A stretch of DNA of 63,191 bases, filler included, from Coriobacteriales bacterium (GCA_031263105.1; 6 parts of 6 records of this genome joined end to end with filler, not necessarily neighbours in it); one strand, 5' to 3'; shown: positions 20,901-30,106, numbered from the whole stretch's first letter. A program made the numbers and translations. The notes: generated by a model not told the origin, from the sequence alone.

Positions 20901-21668
20901 GGGAGCACCGAAAAGGTCAGGCTTGCCGACGTGGCAACGGTCACGGAGAGCAAGACCCTGCAATCCATCCAGCGCTCCGAGCAGCGCCGCATGCTGCCGG
21001 TCAACCTCACGATAACGCCCGACGCCAACATCACCCTCGTGACCCAGGAGGTCGAGCGCAGCCTCGTGGACCTGGAGCTGCCCGAGGGCGTGACCTACGA
21101 GGTCACAGGCGAGAACACGACCATCATGGACTCGTTCAGGGAACTGGGCATCATGCTCGTGCTGGGCCTTCTGCTGGTCTACCTCATCATGGTGGCGCAG
21201 TTCCAGTCGCTGAAGAGCCCCTTCATCATCATGTTCACCGTGCCCTTGGCGTTCACAGGGGGCTTCCTTGCCCTGCTCGTCACCGACAAGGTGCTCTCGG
21301 TCATCTCCCTCATCGGCTTCGCCATGCTCATCGGCGTCATCGTGAGCAATGCCATCGTGCTGGTAGACTACATAAACCGCCTGCGCCACGAAGGGATGGA
21401 GCGGGTCGCCGCCATACGCGAGGGGGCGGCCGTCCGCATGCGCCCCATCCTCATGACGGCGCTGACCACGATATTCGCCCTGCTGATGATGGCCTTGGGG
21501 ATAGGGAGCGGCTCGGAGATGATGCAGCCCCTCGCCATCGTCTGCATAGGAGGCCTCGCCTACGGCACGCTGATGACCCTGTTCGTCATCCCCGTCATCT
21601 ACGACCTCCTCAACAAGAAGGACCTCCGCACCATCGACGAGGACGACCTCGCCACCGTGACGGACTAG
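17958..21668 (+). CDS. RND (AcrB/SwrC-like) efflux transporter
   Basis: GASPEKVEEEVTRPLE, GRLVDDSVVVIENI and RMRPILMT motifs. Confidence 0.93.
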   Translation: MTKFSVRKPMTVLVAVVMVFALGLASFRGMTPELLPNIELPYVITMTTYPGASPEKVEEEVTRPLEEGFATLEGLDSIQSQSSENVSLLIMEFTDSADLDAVSLEIVQKVNQIEGGWDDMVSTPVILKMNPDMLPVMIAAVEQEGFDTTEVSRLMEESLQTKLEGIEGVASLDVTGLRAERVNVVLKQEKIGELNARVGDAIKGSFVEKEQELRDTQTDLEGKLDEVKAQTAELDAGAKEFAVKMGEGSTELASSWAALFGGLQDQKTMLADLKEQLQTLTTEEEAARAAAPGGALPEPVEKQFKDAKDQMGAGITKLEDGIESVQEMQGTLSDAQGTLNETMSTTLFGLSNAAAQLAGAQSQLSVALTQIEQGLTQLDTARDSAVEQADMGGALTMDTVLGILKAQNFSMPAGYVQEGSDDYLVQVGDEIASLEEMQQLVLLDPGIEGIEPIRLSEVADLFMSDNLNDLYAKINGHDGILLSFNKQSEYATTEVADNILQKFDELSDSNPGLHFTPLLNQGDYIYMVINGITSDLLWGALFAVVILLLFLRDLRPTFVTLCAIPISVVFALVAMYFSGVTINIISLSGLAIAVGRLVDDSVVVIENIFRLRSKGYSPVKAAVNGAGQVAGAIIASTLTTICVFLPIVFVQGLTRQLFTDFALTFAYALLASLLVALTLVPTMASGLFRKMEPKEHRLLDRAIALYDRALVWTLRFKPVVLVFAAVLLAASVAVVWSRGFAYMPDGNSGQIAINLTIPKEVPDEQKREVADDAAARVAAVDGVETVGAMAGGSGIVGVGALSGMGGGSGQGSALGSVTIYALLDQGKDMDRLSDEIEAGLEGVGAEYEVGSASMMDASALGGSGVTVNLYGDSLEDMVRASEAVRAQTEGLAGIAEFEGGAEEATPVLHYTVDREAAAKHGLTTAQVYQQVSSALSKEKNATDVLWGTEGYDVVVMNGDAADDRLTPSYLEALEFNVTKRDGSTEKVRLADVATVTESKTLQSIQRSEQRRMLPVNLTITPDANITLVTQEVERSLVDLELPEGVTYEVTGENTTIMDSFRELGIMLVLGLLLVYLIMVAQFQSLKSPFIIMFTVPLAFTGGFLALLVTDKVLSVISLIGFAMLIGVIVSNAIVLVDYINRLRHEGMERVAAIREGAAVRMRPILMTALTTIFALLMMALGIGSGSEMMQPLAIVCIGGLAYGTLMTLFVIPVIYDLLNKKDLRTIDEDDLATVTD

Positions 21669-21680
21669 GGGCGTGGGCGG

Positions 21681-21811
21681 GTTACTGTTCACACCCCCGC
21701 TGCCACCCCGGGCCCCCGCTGCCACCCCGGGCCCCCGCTGTCATTCCGAGCTCCGCCGAGGATTCTTTGGACACGCTGTGTCCAACGGCAGGCCAGGGGA
21801 CCTCTCGACCT
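21681..21811. mobile_element. MITE half with degenerate tandem units (contig end)
   Basis: GTTACTGTTCACACCCCC terminus plus core TGTCATTCCGAG...GGACACGCTGTGTCC. Confidence 0.85.
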
Positions 21812-21911
21812 NNNNNNNNNNNNNNNNNNNNNNNNNNNNNNNNNNNNNNNNNNNNTTAATTAATTAANNNNNNNNNNNNNNNNNNNNNNNNNNNNNNNNN
21901 NNNNNNNNNNN
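21812..21911. other. Artificial contig linker
   Basis: N-run with TTAATTAATTAA. Confidence 0.97.
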
Positions 21912-21999
21912 GAAGGGCCCTGCGACCTGCCGTTGGACACTGCGTGTCCAAAGATTCCTCGGCGGAGCTCGGAATGACAGTGGGGGTGTGAACTGTAAC
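21912..21999. mobile_element. MITE half (contig start)
   Basis: Core plus GGAATGACAGTGGGGGTGTGAACTGTAAC terminus. Confidence 0.85.
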
Positions 22000-22119
22000 A
22001 CTATGACAGATGAGAGGCCATGCGAGTCTGCTGCCGCATTGCGAGATAGGTTCACAGATGCGAAAATGACACAGGTCGGCTCACTGTCGGCCTTGTGGTG
22101 AGACGAGAGGGGAGTTGCG

Positions 22120-23139
22120 ATGGGCATACGCACACCGGTCGTCGGTTCCGCCGTCGGCCCTGCCGTCGACTCCGAGGTCGCGGAGCTGGTGGACAAGGCT
22201 GTCTCGGATGTGCGGCTCAGCCGCGACGAGGCTGCGCGGCTCTTTGCCCTCGACGAGCACTCGCCCGAGGCGTTTCACCTGCACTGGGGTGCGCATCGGA
22301 TAGCCTGGCAGGCATCCGGCGGGCAGGCGCTCATCTATGCGCAGGTCGGCATCGACGCCCGTCCCTGCCCCGGCAACTGCGGCTATTGCTCGTTCGCCGC
22401 AGCGAGCTACGCCTGGGAGCGCGAGGCCGAGCTGCCCTTGGAGGATATTCTAGGCTACTGCCGCGCCTTCAGCGAGAACGGCGTGCATCTGGTCTCCCTC
22501 ATGACGACCTCTGTATACGGGTTCGAGCGCTTCTTGGAGACGGCCTCTGCCGCCCGCGCGGCCCTGGGTCCCGAGGTCGCGTTGATGGCCAACATCGGCG
22601 ACTTCGACGCGAGGCAGGCCGAGGCGTTGCGGGAGGCAGGCGTCGACGTCGTCTACCATGCGGTGCGCCTGGGGGAGGGCAGCATCACGGCGATACCCGA
22701 GGAGCGCCGCCGCGAGACGATAACGGCCGTCCTTGATGCAGGACTCGTGCTGATGAGCGGCGTGGAGCCGGTGCATGCGGAGCTTGACGGCGACATGCTC
22801 CTCGACCGGATGATGGAGGTCTCGTCCTGGCCGCAGGTCTGCTCCGGCCTGAGCCGCCTGCGCCACGTGCCCGGCACGCCGATGGACGGCACCAGGCTCC
22901 TCACAGCCCCGAGGTATCGGCAGCTGGGTTCTCTGTTCCGACTGCTTGCAGGTTCGCGCATCCCCTTCGGCTCCGAGAACACCTGCTGGTGCAACGGCGG
23001 CACCAACCCCCGCGACCGGCAGATGTTCCCCGGCAACGAACAGATCGCCCACGACGTCACGCGGCAGCGTCAGGCGCTTGAGGAGAACGGCTGGCAGGTG
23101 CCCGACCGCATCCCTCGGCAGTTCGGGTACCGCCGGTAG
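22120..23139 (+). CDS. Radical SAM protein, loosely BioB/HydE-like
   Basis: CPGNCGYC (CxxxCxxC) motif; specific function not assignable. Confidence 0.8.
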   Translation: MGIRTPVVGSAVGPAVDSEVAELVDKAVSDVRLSRDEAARLFALDEHSPEAFHLHWGAHRIAWQASGGQALIYAQVGIDARPCPGNCGYCSFAAASYAWEREAELPLEDILGYCRAFSENGVHLVSLMTTSVYGFERFLETASAARAALGPEVALMANIGDFDARQAEALREAGVDVVYHAVRLGEGSITAIPEERRRETITAVLDAGLVLMSGVEPVHAELDGDMLLDRMMEVSSWPQVCSGLSRLRHVPGTPMDGTRLLTAPRYRQLGSLFRLLAGSRIPFGSENTCWCNGGTNPRDRQMFPGNEQIAHDVTRQRQALEENGWQVPDRIPRQFGYRR

Positions 23140-23216
23140 CCCGCAAAGGCGCCGACCGTCTCCCACTGTGCCCAACGTGGCGCCGACGGTCTGCGACGAC
23201 ACCCGGCCGTGCGCCC

Positions 23217-24395
23217 TCAGCGCGTCAGCTTCCGCCTGCGGGCGTAGGCGACGGACTCCTCCAAGGCTTCAAGTGCGTAGTCGATCTCGCGCGGCTTCGT
23301 GAAGTAGCCCGGCGAGAGGCGGATGGTGCCAATGGGGAAGGTGCCGAGGCTCCGGTTCGCCCACGGCGCACAGTGGAGTCCGCAGCGGGTCACGATGCGG
23401 TACTTGCTGTCCAAGCGGTAGGCGACGGCGCCGATGTCGAGTCCCGGAACGTCGATGGCAAGGACGCAGAGCGAGCTCTCGGCATCCTGGGTGCCGAGGA
23501 TGCGCAGCCCGTCGATCTGCTGAAGGCCGCCGAGCAGGCGGCGGTAAAGTCCCTGTTCCCTCGCGTGGACCTTCTCTGTGCCCTGCCGCTTCAACCACTT
23601 CAGCGAGGTGCTCAGGCCGTAGAAGCCCATCAGGTTGGGCGTCCCGGACTCGAAGTGCATCGGCAGGGCGTCGGGCACCGCGTCCTGCTCGCTCTCGACA
23701 CCGGTTCCTCCCACGACAAGCGGCTCGATGCGTGCGGCCAGCCCCTCGTCGAGGATGAGGCCGCCGATGCCAGGCGGGCCGAAGAGGCCCTTGTGCCCGG
23801 CGAAGCAGAGCACGTCGATGCAGTCGGCCTGGACGTCGATGGGCAGGACGCCGGCCGACTGCGCGCTGTCGACCACGTACAGCAGGCCCTCCTCGCGACA
23901 GACCCTGCCGACCTCGCGGATGGGAAGGACCGTGCCGCAGACGTTGGAGGCGTGGGTGGTGACGACCATGCGCGTGTTGGGCCTGACGAGCGCCTTGATG
24001 TCGCCGGGGTCGAGCCTCCCTGTGCTGTCGCAGGGTATGAAGCCGAAGCTCACGTCCTGCCGCTCAAGCTGGAACAGCGGCCGGGTCACGGCGTTGTGCT
24101 CCATGCCGCTGACGAGGGCGTGGTCGCCAGGCCCCAGCAGCCCCTTGATGACCGTGTTCAGCGCGAAGGTGACGGAGGGGGTGGTGACCACCTGACGGAG
24201 GTCGGGGCAGTTGAACAGCTCGGCCAGCTGCTCGCGGCAGCTGCGCGCCTTCCTGTTCAGCACGCAGGTGGTGCCGTAGCCGCTGCGCGAGAGGTTGCAG
24301 CCCACGTCGCGGATGTACTCGCTCACGGCCTCGGCCACTCCCGGCGGCTTGGGCCAGGTGGTCGAGCTGTTGTCCAGGTAGGTCTTCTCCCTCAT
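23217..24395 (-). CDS. Class V aminotransferase / cysteine desulfurase family protein
   Basis: YLDNSSTTWPKP, EHNAV, GHKGLFGP and RCGLHCAP motifs. Confidence 0.9.
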   Translation of the reverse strand: MREKTYLDNSSTTWPKPPGVAEAVSEYIRDVGCNLSRSGYGTTCVLNRKARSCREQLAELFNCPDLRQVVTTPSVTFALNTVIKGLLGPGDHALVSGMEHNAVTRPLFQLERQDVSFGFIPCDSTGRLDPGDIKALVRPNTRMVVTTHASNVCGTVLPIREVGRVCREEGLLYVVDSAQSAGVLPIDVQADCIDVLCFAGHKGLFGPPGIGGLILDEGLAARIEPLVVGGTGVESEQDAVPDALPMHFESGTPNLMGFYGLSTSLKWLKRQGTEKVHAREQGLYRRLLGGLQQIDGLRILGTQDAESSLCVLAIDVPGLDIGAVAYRLDSKYRIVTRCGLHCAPWANRSLGTFPIGTIRLSPGYFTKPREIDYALEALEESVAYARRRKLTR

Positions 24396-24569
24396 GTCCG
24401 TCCTCCGATGGTTTCCCGGTCTGGCTTCGCAAGGCCGCAAGGCAGGTCCGCAGGCCCTGTAGTATAGTACCTCAGCTATTTGAGATAATCCAATAACCGC
24501 GCTACACTGATAGGCCACGTGCTACAGATACCACGGACTGCGGCTTACAGGACAGGGGAGAGGAGCGGC

Positions 24570-25433
24570 ATGGAATCGACTCGGAGCGTCGGGCTCTCGG
24601 AGAGCCAGCGGGCGGTACGCGAGCATTACGGGGAGGTCGCCTGCCGTGCGGGGCAGGCGGGCGGGAGCCAAGCGCAGGGTAGCGAGGCCCAGGCCCCTGG
24701 GGGCCAGGCCCCTGGGGGCCAGGCGCAGCTGTATCCCTCCGCCGACCGGGAGGCTCTGCCTGCCCAGGCGTGCTCGGCCTCGCGCGGCTGCGGCAACCCC
24801 CTTGCCCAGGCAGGGCTGCGGGAGGGCGAGCGCGTGTTGGACCTCGGCTGCGGCGGAGGCATCGACGTGCTGCTGGCGGCGCGTCAGGTCGGCGGCAGCG
24901 GCCATGTCTACGGCCTCGACATGACCCCGGAGATGCTTGCGCTTGCCGAGCGCAACGCCGCCGAGGCCGCCGTGAGCAACGTGAGCTTCATCGGCGGCCT
25001 TATCGAGGACATACCGCTGCCCAGCGGCTCCGTGGACGTGGTCACCTCCAACTGCGTCATCAATCTGAGCGACGACAAGGGTGCCGTGCTGCGCGAGGCC
25101 TGGCGGGTGCTTGTTCCCGGAGGCCGCATCGTCGTCGCCGACATCGTTCTGGAGAGGCCCGGGCTTCCCGCCGCGATGCGCAGGGCAGCCGCCTGCATCC
25201 TCGGCTGCACGAACGACGTGCTCACGATTCGCGAGTACGAGGGGCTGATGCGAGAGGCGGGCTTCGGCGAGGTCGTCGTGGAGCCGTATCGTCGCAGCTC
25301 TTGGCAGAGCCTTGAGGCAAAGGCGGAAAGGCGCGGGCAGCAGGCGCTTCTGGCGCAGTTGGACCCGCAACAGGTCGATGACGCTTTGGCCTCCGCCTAT
25401 ATCACAGGCAGGAAGGAGTGTATTATTAGTTAA
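24570..25433 (+). CDS. ArsM-like SAM-dependent methyltransferase
   Basis: GCGNP, LDLGCGGGID, GLDMTPEM and SNCVINL motifs typical of arsenite methyltransferases. Confidence 0.75.
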   Translation: MESTRSVGLSESQRAVREHYGEVACRAGQAGGSQAQGSEAQAPGGQAPGGQAQLYPSADREALPAQACSASRGCGNPLAQAGLREGERVLDLGCGGGIDVLLAARQVGGSGHVYGLDMTPEMLALAERNAAEAAVSNVSFIGGLIEDIPLPSGSVDVVTSNCVINLSDDKGAVLREAWRVLVPGGRIVVADIVLERPGLPAAMRRAAACILGCTNDVLTIREYEGLMREAGFGEVVVEPYRRSSWQSLEAKAERRGQQALLAQLDPQQVDDALASAYITGRKECIIS

Positions 25434-25556
25434 TCATACTTAACTTAAGCAGCTCTGGGGCTTGCCGACAGGTATGGGGTGTGTGCTGACGGACAAGGGA
25501 GACGACGGGCAGCGCAATGACCGACCGTCGTCTTCCAAGGGACAAGGGAGCAGGCC

Positions 25557-25958
25557 ATGGTGAAGGTCGTCTATGACAGCAGGACGGGGTTGGGGAGGAA
25601 GTTCGCCGAGAAGGTCGCGGCTGTCGCCTGCGCAGATATCGCCCGCACGGATGCCGTCCAGCCGGTCTCCGAGCCGGTCGATTCCCCCTGCGTGCTGGTG
25701 ACCCGCAACGTGGGGCGCGGGAAGATTCCCGGCAGCACGAAGAAGTTCCTGAAACGTTACGGCAAGCACGTGACAGGGGTCGTGGTGAACGGCGACCGCC
25801 GCTTCGGCGAGTACTACTGCGCCGCCGGCCCGAGGATCGAGGAGGCCTACCGGGTGCCCGTCATCCGCAACATCGAGGGAGAAGGCAACGACGAGGACGT
25901 GAGGGAGGTCGCCGCCTTCATCCGGGAGAAGTCGTCTCTGTGCGCGAGTCCTCTATGA
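25557..25958 (+). CDS. nrdI: NrdI-like flavodoxin
   Basis: VYDSRTG..RKF and GVVVNGDRRFGEYYCAAG motifs. Confidence 0.7.
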   Translation: MVKVVYDSRTGLGRKFAEKVAAVACADIARTDAVQPVSEPVDSPCVLVTRNVGRGKIPGSTKKFLKRYGKHVTGVVVNGDRRFGEYYCAAGPRIEEAYRVPVIRNIEGEGNDEDVREVAAFIREKSSLCASPL

Positions 25959-27656
25959 GCTCGCCAGGGTCTTGCCTACCCAGTAGCCGAATGTCGAGGC
26001 TGCGCCCAACGAGAACCCGTAGTCGTGCCACTGGTAGTCGGTCGATCCCTGAAGGCCGCCCATCGTGTTGCCCACTGCGTAGAGGCCCTCTATCGGCACT
26101 TGGCCGATGTCGAGCACCTGGCACTGCTCGTTGACGCACAGCCCTCCGAGCAGGGCGCCGATCATGTACTCTATGCGCACCGCGTAGAAGGGGCCCGTTT
26201 GGATCGGGATCAGGTACGGGGCGTCCTTGTAGAAGTCGACGTCGTCTCCCGACGCGCACAGGTCGTTGTAGCGCGCCACCGTCTGGGCGAAGGTCGCCGT
26301 TGCGGAGGCATCCCATCCGATTGCCGTGCCGAGCTCTTCGAGCGTGGCGCCCTTGAAGGCAAAGCCGAGGTCTATCAGGTTGTCCAGTTCCGCCTGGTCG
26401 CCATGCTCGGTCTCGCTGTCGAACACCAGGTTCACGTGGCTCTCGGGGCAATAATAGGTGCCGTTGGGACGATAGGTTCCCAAGCAGTCCTCCTTCATGA
26501 AGCGCTCGCCTCGGTCGTTGACGGCAAGGTAGGGGTCGTTCCAGTTGTTCCAGCGCAGTCCGCCGTCGGTGACGCTCAGGTGCGGGTCGACCTTTTTGGC
26601 GTGAGGCCATTGCTGCATGCAGGCACCGGCCCAGATGCCCATCATGTGGCCGTCGCCCGTATTGTTGTCGCCTGCCTGATAGTTGTCGAAATGAATCGTC
26701 TGCGGGCACCACCGCGCCTTGAGCTGGGCGTTCGCGCCGTAGCAGCCGGTTGCGAGCACCACTCCTTTGGCAGCATTGAGCTGGATGTAGGAGCCGTCGT
26801 CCTTCTGGCCGACGACCCCCGTCACCGCGCCGCCGCCATCCTGCACCAGCTGCACTCCGGGAGTCCCGTGGTAGAAGGTCGCTCCCAAGCCCTCGGCTTT
26901 GGTCGCGAGGTTCTGCGAGAGCACGCCCGCCTGGTCGAGGTACATGACCGCCTGCCCGTTGGAGCGGGACATCAGGCCGGCCTCCTCGGCCTCACGATAG
27001 AGCCACAGGGCCGCCTCGGGGTTCACCTCGAAGAATCGGGAGAAGAGCGGGATGTTCACATTGTACGAGCTCAGTTCCAGGTATTCTGCCTTCAGAGCCT
27101 CGACGTCAACCGGTTCGGGACGGTCGGACTCCGCCAGTATCTCCGGTACGTTGATCGCCGCGAACAGGATGCCCTGCGAATAGGGGGAGGGCGTCTTCGA
27201 CAGGACCCCGACGCGCGCGCCGTTCTCGGCAGCGGCAAGCGCGGCACAGCAGCCGCTTATGCCGGCGCCCACGACCACCACGTCGTAATCCGCCGTCTCG
27301 GCGACGTCGGTGATGGCGGGAGGGGCTGCGAAATAGGGATCATCGGTGATCGTCTGAGGGGTCACCACGGGAATCTCGCCGGAGCCGGTCGAGGCCTCGG
27401 CGACGCCCGCCCCCTCTTCCTCTGGGGCGCTCTCCCCGTCTGCAGCCTTTGCAGGCGCACAGGCCATCAGCGAACCCACTCCGGCCATCGCCAAGGCAAG
27501 CGAGCCTGCCTGCAGGAAGCGTCGGCGTGAGAGGCCGTCTGGCCCCGCCTTGGCACCGCTGGGCAGGGGCCGGGCATTGTCGCCACCCGCTGTGGTTCCA
27601 TGGCCGCCGATCTCTGCTCCGATAGCGTCAAAGTCGTTCCTTGCTCTGTTGTCCAT
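25953..27656 (-). CDS. Tat-exported FAD-dependent oxidoreductase (flavocytochrome c/FAD_binding_2 family)
   Basis: SRRRFLQ Tat motif, VVVGAGISG, VVLATGCY and GLYAVGN motifs. Confidence 0.88.
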   Translation of the reverse strand: MDNRARNDFDAIGAEIGGHGTTAGGDNARPLPSGAKAGPDGLSRRRFLQAGSLALAMAGVGSLMACAPAKAADGESAPEEEGAGVAEASTGSGEIPVVTPQTITDDPYFAAPPAITDVAETADYDVVVVGAGISGCCAALAAAENGARVGVLSKTPSPYSQGILFAAINVPEILAESDRPEPVDVEALKAEYLELSSYNVNIPLFSRFFEVNPEAALWLYREAEEAGLMSRSNGQAVMYLDQAGVLSQNLATKAEGLGATFYHGTPGVQLVQDGGGAVTGVVGQKDDGSYIQLNAAKGVVLATGCYGANAQLKARWCPQTIHFDNYQAGDNNTGDGHMMGIWAGACMQQWPHAKKVDPHLSVTDGGLRWNNWNDPYLAVNDRGERFMKEDCLGTYRPNGTYYCPESHVNLVFDSETEHGDQAELDNLIDLGFAFKGATLEELGTAIGWDASATATFAQTVARYNDLCASGDDVDFYKDAPYLIPIQTGPFYAVRIEYMIGALLGGLCVNEQCQVLDIGQVPIEGLYAVGNTMGGLQGSTDYQWHDYGFSLGAASTFGYWVGKTLASS

Positions 27657-27887
27657 AATCTCCTCGTTTCCCGATGCAGGGAGACTCGTTCTCCCAATCG
27701 ACCGAACGACTCTATGCCCCAGGCATCCGGGCAGCAACGTCCCCTTGGGCCTGTTTGCGGCGGGGCGAGGGCCTATAAATATAGACCTCTGCTTCTGAGC
27801 AGGGAAAACAACGTCCCTTACCTAGGAATTCGCTTTGACCGCCCATTCGTTCTCCACTAGAATCTTTGTGTTAAAAAGAATGAGGGA

Positions 27888-29438
27888 GTGTTGACGACAT
27901 CTAAAACCAAAGCCCGCCGTCACGTCTCGTTGAGCGAGGCCGCCTTGAAGCCGGGGTCGTTTCCCTGTCGGCTTCTCGGCATGGGGTTCTTTTTGGCGTG
28001 GATAGTCGGTTCCCGTTTCAGCGACAATCTGTTCATCGGCGCTCCTTCAAACAATCTTCTGGGCCTGGCCTCGCTTTTCGACAACGGCGCAAACATCGTC
28101 GCCCTGTTGCTGTGTGCGGCTTTCGCGCGCCGTCTCACTCCTTTGCTCCGCAACGCGAGCGGAGTCTACCTTGTCGGTGTCTGTATTGCGCTCGGCACCG
28201 CATTGGGAACCTTCGCCCCCGCGAGCGGGAAGGCCCAACCGATCCTCTCCGTCGTGGGCGCGGCGCTTCACGGCGCGGGGTTCGGCTTCATGTTCCTCCA
28301 ATGGAACGATGTCTACAGCCGTGTCCCCATGCGTCTGGTGAGCATAGCCTATGCGGGCTCCTATCTGATAAGCGCGCTGCTGTTCTTTCTCTGTCTGGCG
28401 CTCGACCCGCTGATTGCAGCGCTCATCGAATGCTCGCTGCCTCTTGTTTCGGCTTTTCTGCTGCTGCAGAACAACAGCCTGCTTGCCAAAGCGGAAGCGG
28501 AGGCAGCGGAAGCGGAGGAGACGGAAGGGGAAGCCGCCCAAGCCGCCGACTCCCCGGCCACGCACTGGCGCTTTCCCTTGCAGCCAGCGGTGCTCATGGG
28601 CCTGTATGCGTTCGCGTACCATTTCTTCCTCCATCTTTCCCGTCCGTCCTCCGTCTCCGACCAGATGGGGGTCGTCCTCATCGCTGGCATCGTCGTGGTC
28701 ATGTGCCTGTTCTTCTTTGACCGTTTCGACCTGCGAATTTTGTTCAAGATCGCCCTGCCCTGCATGACGGGGGGCCTGCTCCTGCATATCCTCAAGATAG
28801 ACGCGGCGGCCACGCTCATCGGGGTGCTCACGAACCTGAGCTTTACGGGCTTCACGCTCTTCACCATGATCATCCTCTGCAATATCTGCTATCGCTACGG
28901 GGTCGTCGCCCTCTGGCTGATCGGCATCATCCGTTTGATAAGCAAGGTCTTTCATCTGCTGGGAAGCTACAGTGCCAACTGGCTCTCAGGCACCTATGCG
29001 GATCAGGCCTTCGTCGCCGATGCGGCTTTGGCTCTTGTGGTGGTCGTGCTTGTGACCGTCTGCATGTTCTCCCTGAACGAGCGTGACTTTGCCGCAACGT
29101 GGGGGATCACGCCCTTGGCGGCTCGCACCAAGGAAGGTGCGGAGGAATCAGGGGCCGTCACGCTCGCAGCCGTCATGGGCCCGCACGAGGAGTTCGCCTG
29201 GCGCCTGGCCCGTGTCGCGCGACACTTCGGCCTCACCCATCGCGAGGAGGACGTGCTTGCGCTGTTGGCCCAGAACCAGAGCGTCGCCCAGATAGAGAAG
29301 ACGCTGTTCATCTCGCATGGCACCGCGAAGGGGCACATCCGCCATATCTATGCCAAGCTGGACATCCATTCACGCGACGAGGCCATCGAGACAGTGAGGA
29401 GCATGTACGGCCCCTCCTCGGCAGGCACGTCGGCTTAA
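27888..29438 (+). CDS. Multi-transmembrane LuxR-family regulator
   Basis: Hydrophobic N-terminal region plus LTHREEDVL...TAKGHIRHIYAKL; divergent from the oxidoreductase. Confidence 0.9.
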   Translation: MLTTSKTKARRHVSLSEAALKPGSFPCRLLGMGFFLAWIVGSRFSDNLFIGAPSNNLLGLASLFDNGANIVALLLCAAFARRLTPLLRNASGVYLVGVCIALGTALGTFAPASGKAQPILSVVGAALHGAGFGFMFLQWNDVYSRVPMRLVSIAYAGSYLISALLFFLCLALDPLIAALIECSLPLVSAFLLLQNNSLLAKAEAEAAEAEETEGEAAQAADSPATHWRFPLQPAVLMGLYAFAYHFFLHLSRPSSVSDQMGVVLIAGIVVVMCLFFFDRFDLRILFKIALPCMTGGLLLHILKIDAAATLIGVLTNLSFTGFTLFTMIILCNICYRYGVVALWLIGIIRLISKVFHLLGSYSANWLSGTYADQAFVADAALALVVVVLVTVCMFSLNERDFAATWGITPLAARTKEGAEESGAVTLAAVMGPHEEFAWRLARVARHFGLTHREEDVLALLAQNQSVAQIEKTLFISHGTAKGHIRHIYAKLDIHSRDEAIETVRSMYGPSSAGTSA

Positions 29439-29603
29439 GGTGTGAATACTCCAACAATGAGGGCAGGAAACCGTGCGAAACTTGCTGATGGATGCCTCTG
29501 TTGATGGTCAGCGCACTGCTATGCGCAGAGCGAGAAGGACCGCTGAGCGGATTGGTCAGGGGCGATATGAAAGGGAAGCCCCTGCAAACAAAGTAGACAG
29601 AGC

Positions 29604-29921
29604 CTAAAGCCCCAAGAACTCCTGAAGTCTCTTCTCCAGAAGGGCGCAGTGCGCGTCGGCAAGGTGGCCGACAACGTCGCGGGCGTTTTGCTTCCGTACC
29701 GTGGTTATCTTGTTGATCATCAGGTATGAGGTTGCACTGAGGCCGTTTTGCTCGTCAGGATCGACTCGTATCCACCACTTTGAGTCTTTGGCCTCGGAGG
29801 TCATCGGGACGACGGTCAAACTGTCCTCATCCGTATCGTCAACAACCTGAACGAATACGCTTGGCCTGTGCTTGTTGGCGTAAATACCGCCAGAGACGAT
29901 GACGACATCGAATCTCCTCAT
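29604..29921 (-). CDS. PemK/MazF family toxin
   Basis: KHRPSVFVQ, VVPMTS and NGLSATSYLMINKITTV motifs. Confidence 0.85.
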   Translation of the reverse strand: MRRFDVVIVSGGIYANKHRPSVFVQVVDDTDEDSLTVVPMTSEAKDSKWWIRVDPDEQNGLSATSYLMINKITTVRKQNARDVVGHLADAHCALLEKRLQEFLGL

Positions 29922-30106
29922 GCCTCATCCCACCATTCGGCGGTTGTCGCCTCGATCCAATCCATGGCCTCCTGCTCGCCTTTGAAGGGTTCGACGGCAA
30001 TCTCTGGCTTCAGAATCAGCCGATACTTGGGGGCGGTCATGGTGCTGTCGATGTCAAAGAGCAGCTGGGCCTGTTCCCTGGTTATCTCTCTTTCTAAAGT
30101 TCTCAT
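29918..30106 (-). CDS. Putative antitoxin
   Basis: 62 aa with acidic C-terminus; ATGA overlap with the toxin; GAGG RBS. Confidence 0.65.
   Translation of the reverse strand: MRTLEREITREQAQLLFDIDSTMTAPKYRLILKPEIAVEPFKGEQEAMDWIEATTAEWWDEA

Noticed and set aside
17532..21725. 1397-aa antisense ORF and other long shadow ORFs
   Set aside because: Antisense to well-supported genes; expected in high-GC DNA
22120..23139. Calling the radical SAM gene bioB
   Set aside because: Lacks recognisable BioB motifs such as YNHNL, and no bio operon context
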